A stretch of 61,899 nt of DNA, counting the filler, from Nemertoderma westbladi (lineage: Eukaryota; Animalia; Xenacoelomorpha), in NCBI GenBank assembly GCA_032718475.1. It is 4 parts of 4 records of this genome, joined end to end, with 100 filler letters (N's around TTAATTAATTAA, not from the genome) between each part and the next. Parts side by side here need not be neighbours in the genome. Positions count along the whole stretch, not along the records: positions 55,704 to 61,899 come from JAUCBJ010006004.1; 3 more parts are not named here. One strand, given 5' to 3'. The stretch's first letter is position 1, and every line of letters starts with the position of its first letter. Shown here one piece after another: positions 60,001-61,899 of the stretch. A program made the position numbers and the translations under genes. The notes below the pieces were generated by a model, which was not told where the DNA came from, made no database searches, and worked only from the letters and a program-made list of their open reading frames with translations.

Positions 60001-60780
60001 GGCATCGGCCATAGGCGAGATTATCAACTGAAGTTCCCATCTGGACGTACCACTTGGAGAAACAGATGTTTTATACGACTTTACAACAAACCTATAGATG
60101 GGAGTAATGAAACTGCTTGCGATTCGAATTTTAATGATAGTAATTTAGAAACTGAAAGTAAATATCCGAACTCTATGGAAGGTACGAATAACCATACTAA
60201 CCCTCGTCGAAGCACCCGAGTTCGAAACCCGATTGTCAGATTTGATGATCGAATATCTGTGTCAAGATTTTAAACTGATAAAATCTCAAAAATGGGGGAG
60301 ATGTTATGTAGTAATTAATGGACACAGGGCCTATGGGTACCGTGGTATTACTTATATTACATTGGTGCTGGGTGGGTCTGGACAGTCTGCACATGTAGTG
60401 CAGGATTACCGTGCTAGTTGCTATTGTTATTCAATCAGTTAGTCCAATTCTATATTATACATTGATTATATTAGCCTATAATATATTATTTATCGGACTT
60501 ACCAGTGGGTTAACAGACCTAGCATAACAATACTGATCCCCTGTACTAAATCAGTCTAAAGGGTTCGTGCCTAATGTAACAATACCACTGCTCAGACAAA
60601 CAACAGTTTAATAACGAAATAAATACTCCTTCTTGCCGTAACTAAATATCAGATCCTAAATTTACAAATACGAATAGTAAGTTACAGATAAATTCTACCT
60701 AAAGTGATCAAAGTGCGCTATAACTAGTAGAACTCTCAGGGTAAATATGTTTTAGGGCGTGTGTGTGTGGGTGTGTTACA
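57031..60780. mobile_element. Solo-LTR-like repeat interrupted by the Gypsy insertion
   Basis: Starts TGTAA; 57031-57357 is repeated at 61564-61899; candidate end TTACA at 60780; TSD not confirmed. Confidence 0.55.
57406..60504 (+). mobile_element. Internally deleted Ty3/Gypsy LTR retrotransposon
   Basis: LTRs 57406-57604 and 60302-60504; TSD GTGGG; PBS-like TGACGCAG; PPT AAATGGGGGAGA; partial RT (IVDDILI), RNase H (TDAS, YATIELE, ADCLSR), integrase (HSSHQG..CNKC, TDRGPQF, SNGHAES) with an in-frame stop at 59443-59445. Confidence 0.93.
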
Positions 60781-61563
60781 ATAAAACAATTTTGGTGTAT
60801 CTCATTTTACTAGGTTTTAGTAATTTTCTGACCAAAACAATACTGTGCGCTAGCTACGAAAATAAGCTAGTCGCGTTTTGTAGAACTTTATACTTACAAA
60901 TGACGTCAAAGCTCTCTCCTTCCTATCCACAACTCAACCGGGTAATTACGGTGTTAGTAACTACACCCGTGATCGGCACAAATACCAGGTTCTGGTTGTA
61001 AGATAAGAAATACAGTCCCAATCCCAATAAACATTAACTTGGTCGTTTTGGCGGCCAAAATGACCAAAATCGCCAAAAAGATGTAGTGTATTCCTATGGG
61101 CTACTTGGTCGTTTTGGCGAAGCGATTTAACTCGACTCAGTCAAGTCCAGACAGCCCGTCTCCTTGGACATCCATTTGGTTGCTCTGACTAAATGTCGGC
61201 TCGCTTTCATTTTTATTAATGACAGATTGTTAACTTACCTGGAGCTGAGTCGGGCCTTGCAGTTGTAGTAGAGACCACCCACTGAGGCATTGATTGATAC
61301 AGCACAGGCTAATACGTAATAAGGGAGTTAGTTGGATGCGGCTTTGTTAAAAGGAGGAGTATGTATAATAATCGGATTTTGTGTGTTATTATTAGATAAT
61401 CACTTCTCACCTTTTCCTTTGTGTAGCTTCAGTTTAGAGTCATTATGAAATGGCAACGTGTTCTGTATGAAGGCGTCCTAATTAAGTTTTATAGTTAGAA
61501 GCTGGGTCTGTGACAGGGCGAGAGGTAGCTATTAAATAGTGACACTCTGTCTCGAACGAGTTC

Positions 61564-61899
61564 TGTAAGGGTCCAGTAGTATACCGCTTACCAGATCCTA
61601 GTAACGATGTATCTTACTATGAGACTCTAGTAATGTATACGGGATCGTACAGTATCTGACAACAAATCCCAGTCCAGGATATCTAAACAAACAGATACAG
61701 TACACAAACGACTACTGGCAAGGAACAGAGCCTAGTATCTATTCTATGTACGTGAGCGGGTCTAACGCCTACGTACTAGACAAAAGGATACCTGTCCTCT
61801 AACCGGTGAGGCAGATGTACAGTTACAGTAACAGACCAAACTCACGGGAAAACAATCCCCGCGCAGCGAATCCTAACTATCACTGACAGTCCTAAATAC
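61564..61899. mobile_element. Second copy of the LTR-like repeat, running off the window
   Basis: High similarity to 57031-57357. Confidence 0.75.

Noticed and set aside
61240-61320. Possible minus-strand exon ending CCAG|GTAAGT as an upstream nicalin exon
   Set aside because: The translation (INASVGGLYYNCKARLSS) is not convincingly nicalin-like and there is an in-frame stop shortly upstream; unresolved without RNA data.
60781-61563. Internal region of a TRIM bounded by the two TGTAA-starting LTR copies
   Set aside because: No PBS or PPT adjoins the copy at 61564 in either orientation; two solo copies is simpler.

Overview
AT-rich, repeat-dense invertebrate animal scaffold with three 100-bp gaps that carry an artificial TTAATTAATTAA linker. 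All host genes I recognise are on the minus strand: an intronless FERM-PTP (PTPN14/21, 2297-5953), an intronless MROH1 (35133-40106), a spliced SAXO1/2-family ciliary gene (4 exons, 48729-46225) and the long last exon of nicalin (53824-53003). Mobile DNA includes an apparently intact CR1-clade LINE, RTE fragments, a Sola1-like non-autonomous element, SINE heads, and an internally deleted Ty3/Gypsy element nested in another LTR. Most notable: (1) a >4.5 kb array of about 88 copies of a 52-bp unit made from the SAXO exon end plus its 5' splice site; (2) a ~3-kb-unit macrosatellite whose unit carries a tRNA-like Pol III cassette, hairpins with compensatory changes and an HDV-like pseudoknot; (3) a G_GGA_AAC -1 slippery site joining LINE ORF1 to ORF2; (4) TA-flanked motifs resembling transposon excision footprints, clustered 5' of three genes; (5) complete intron loss in two large genes. 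Family calls come from motif recognition by eye; no searches were run.
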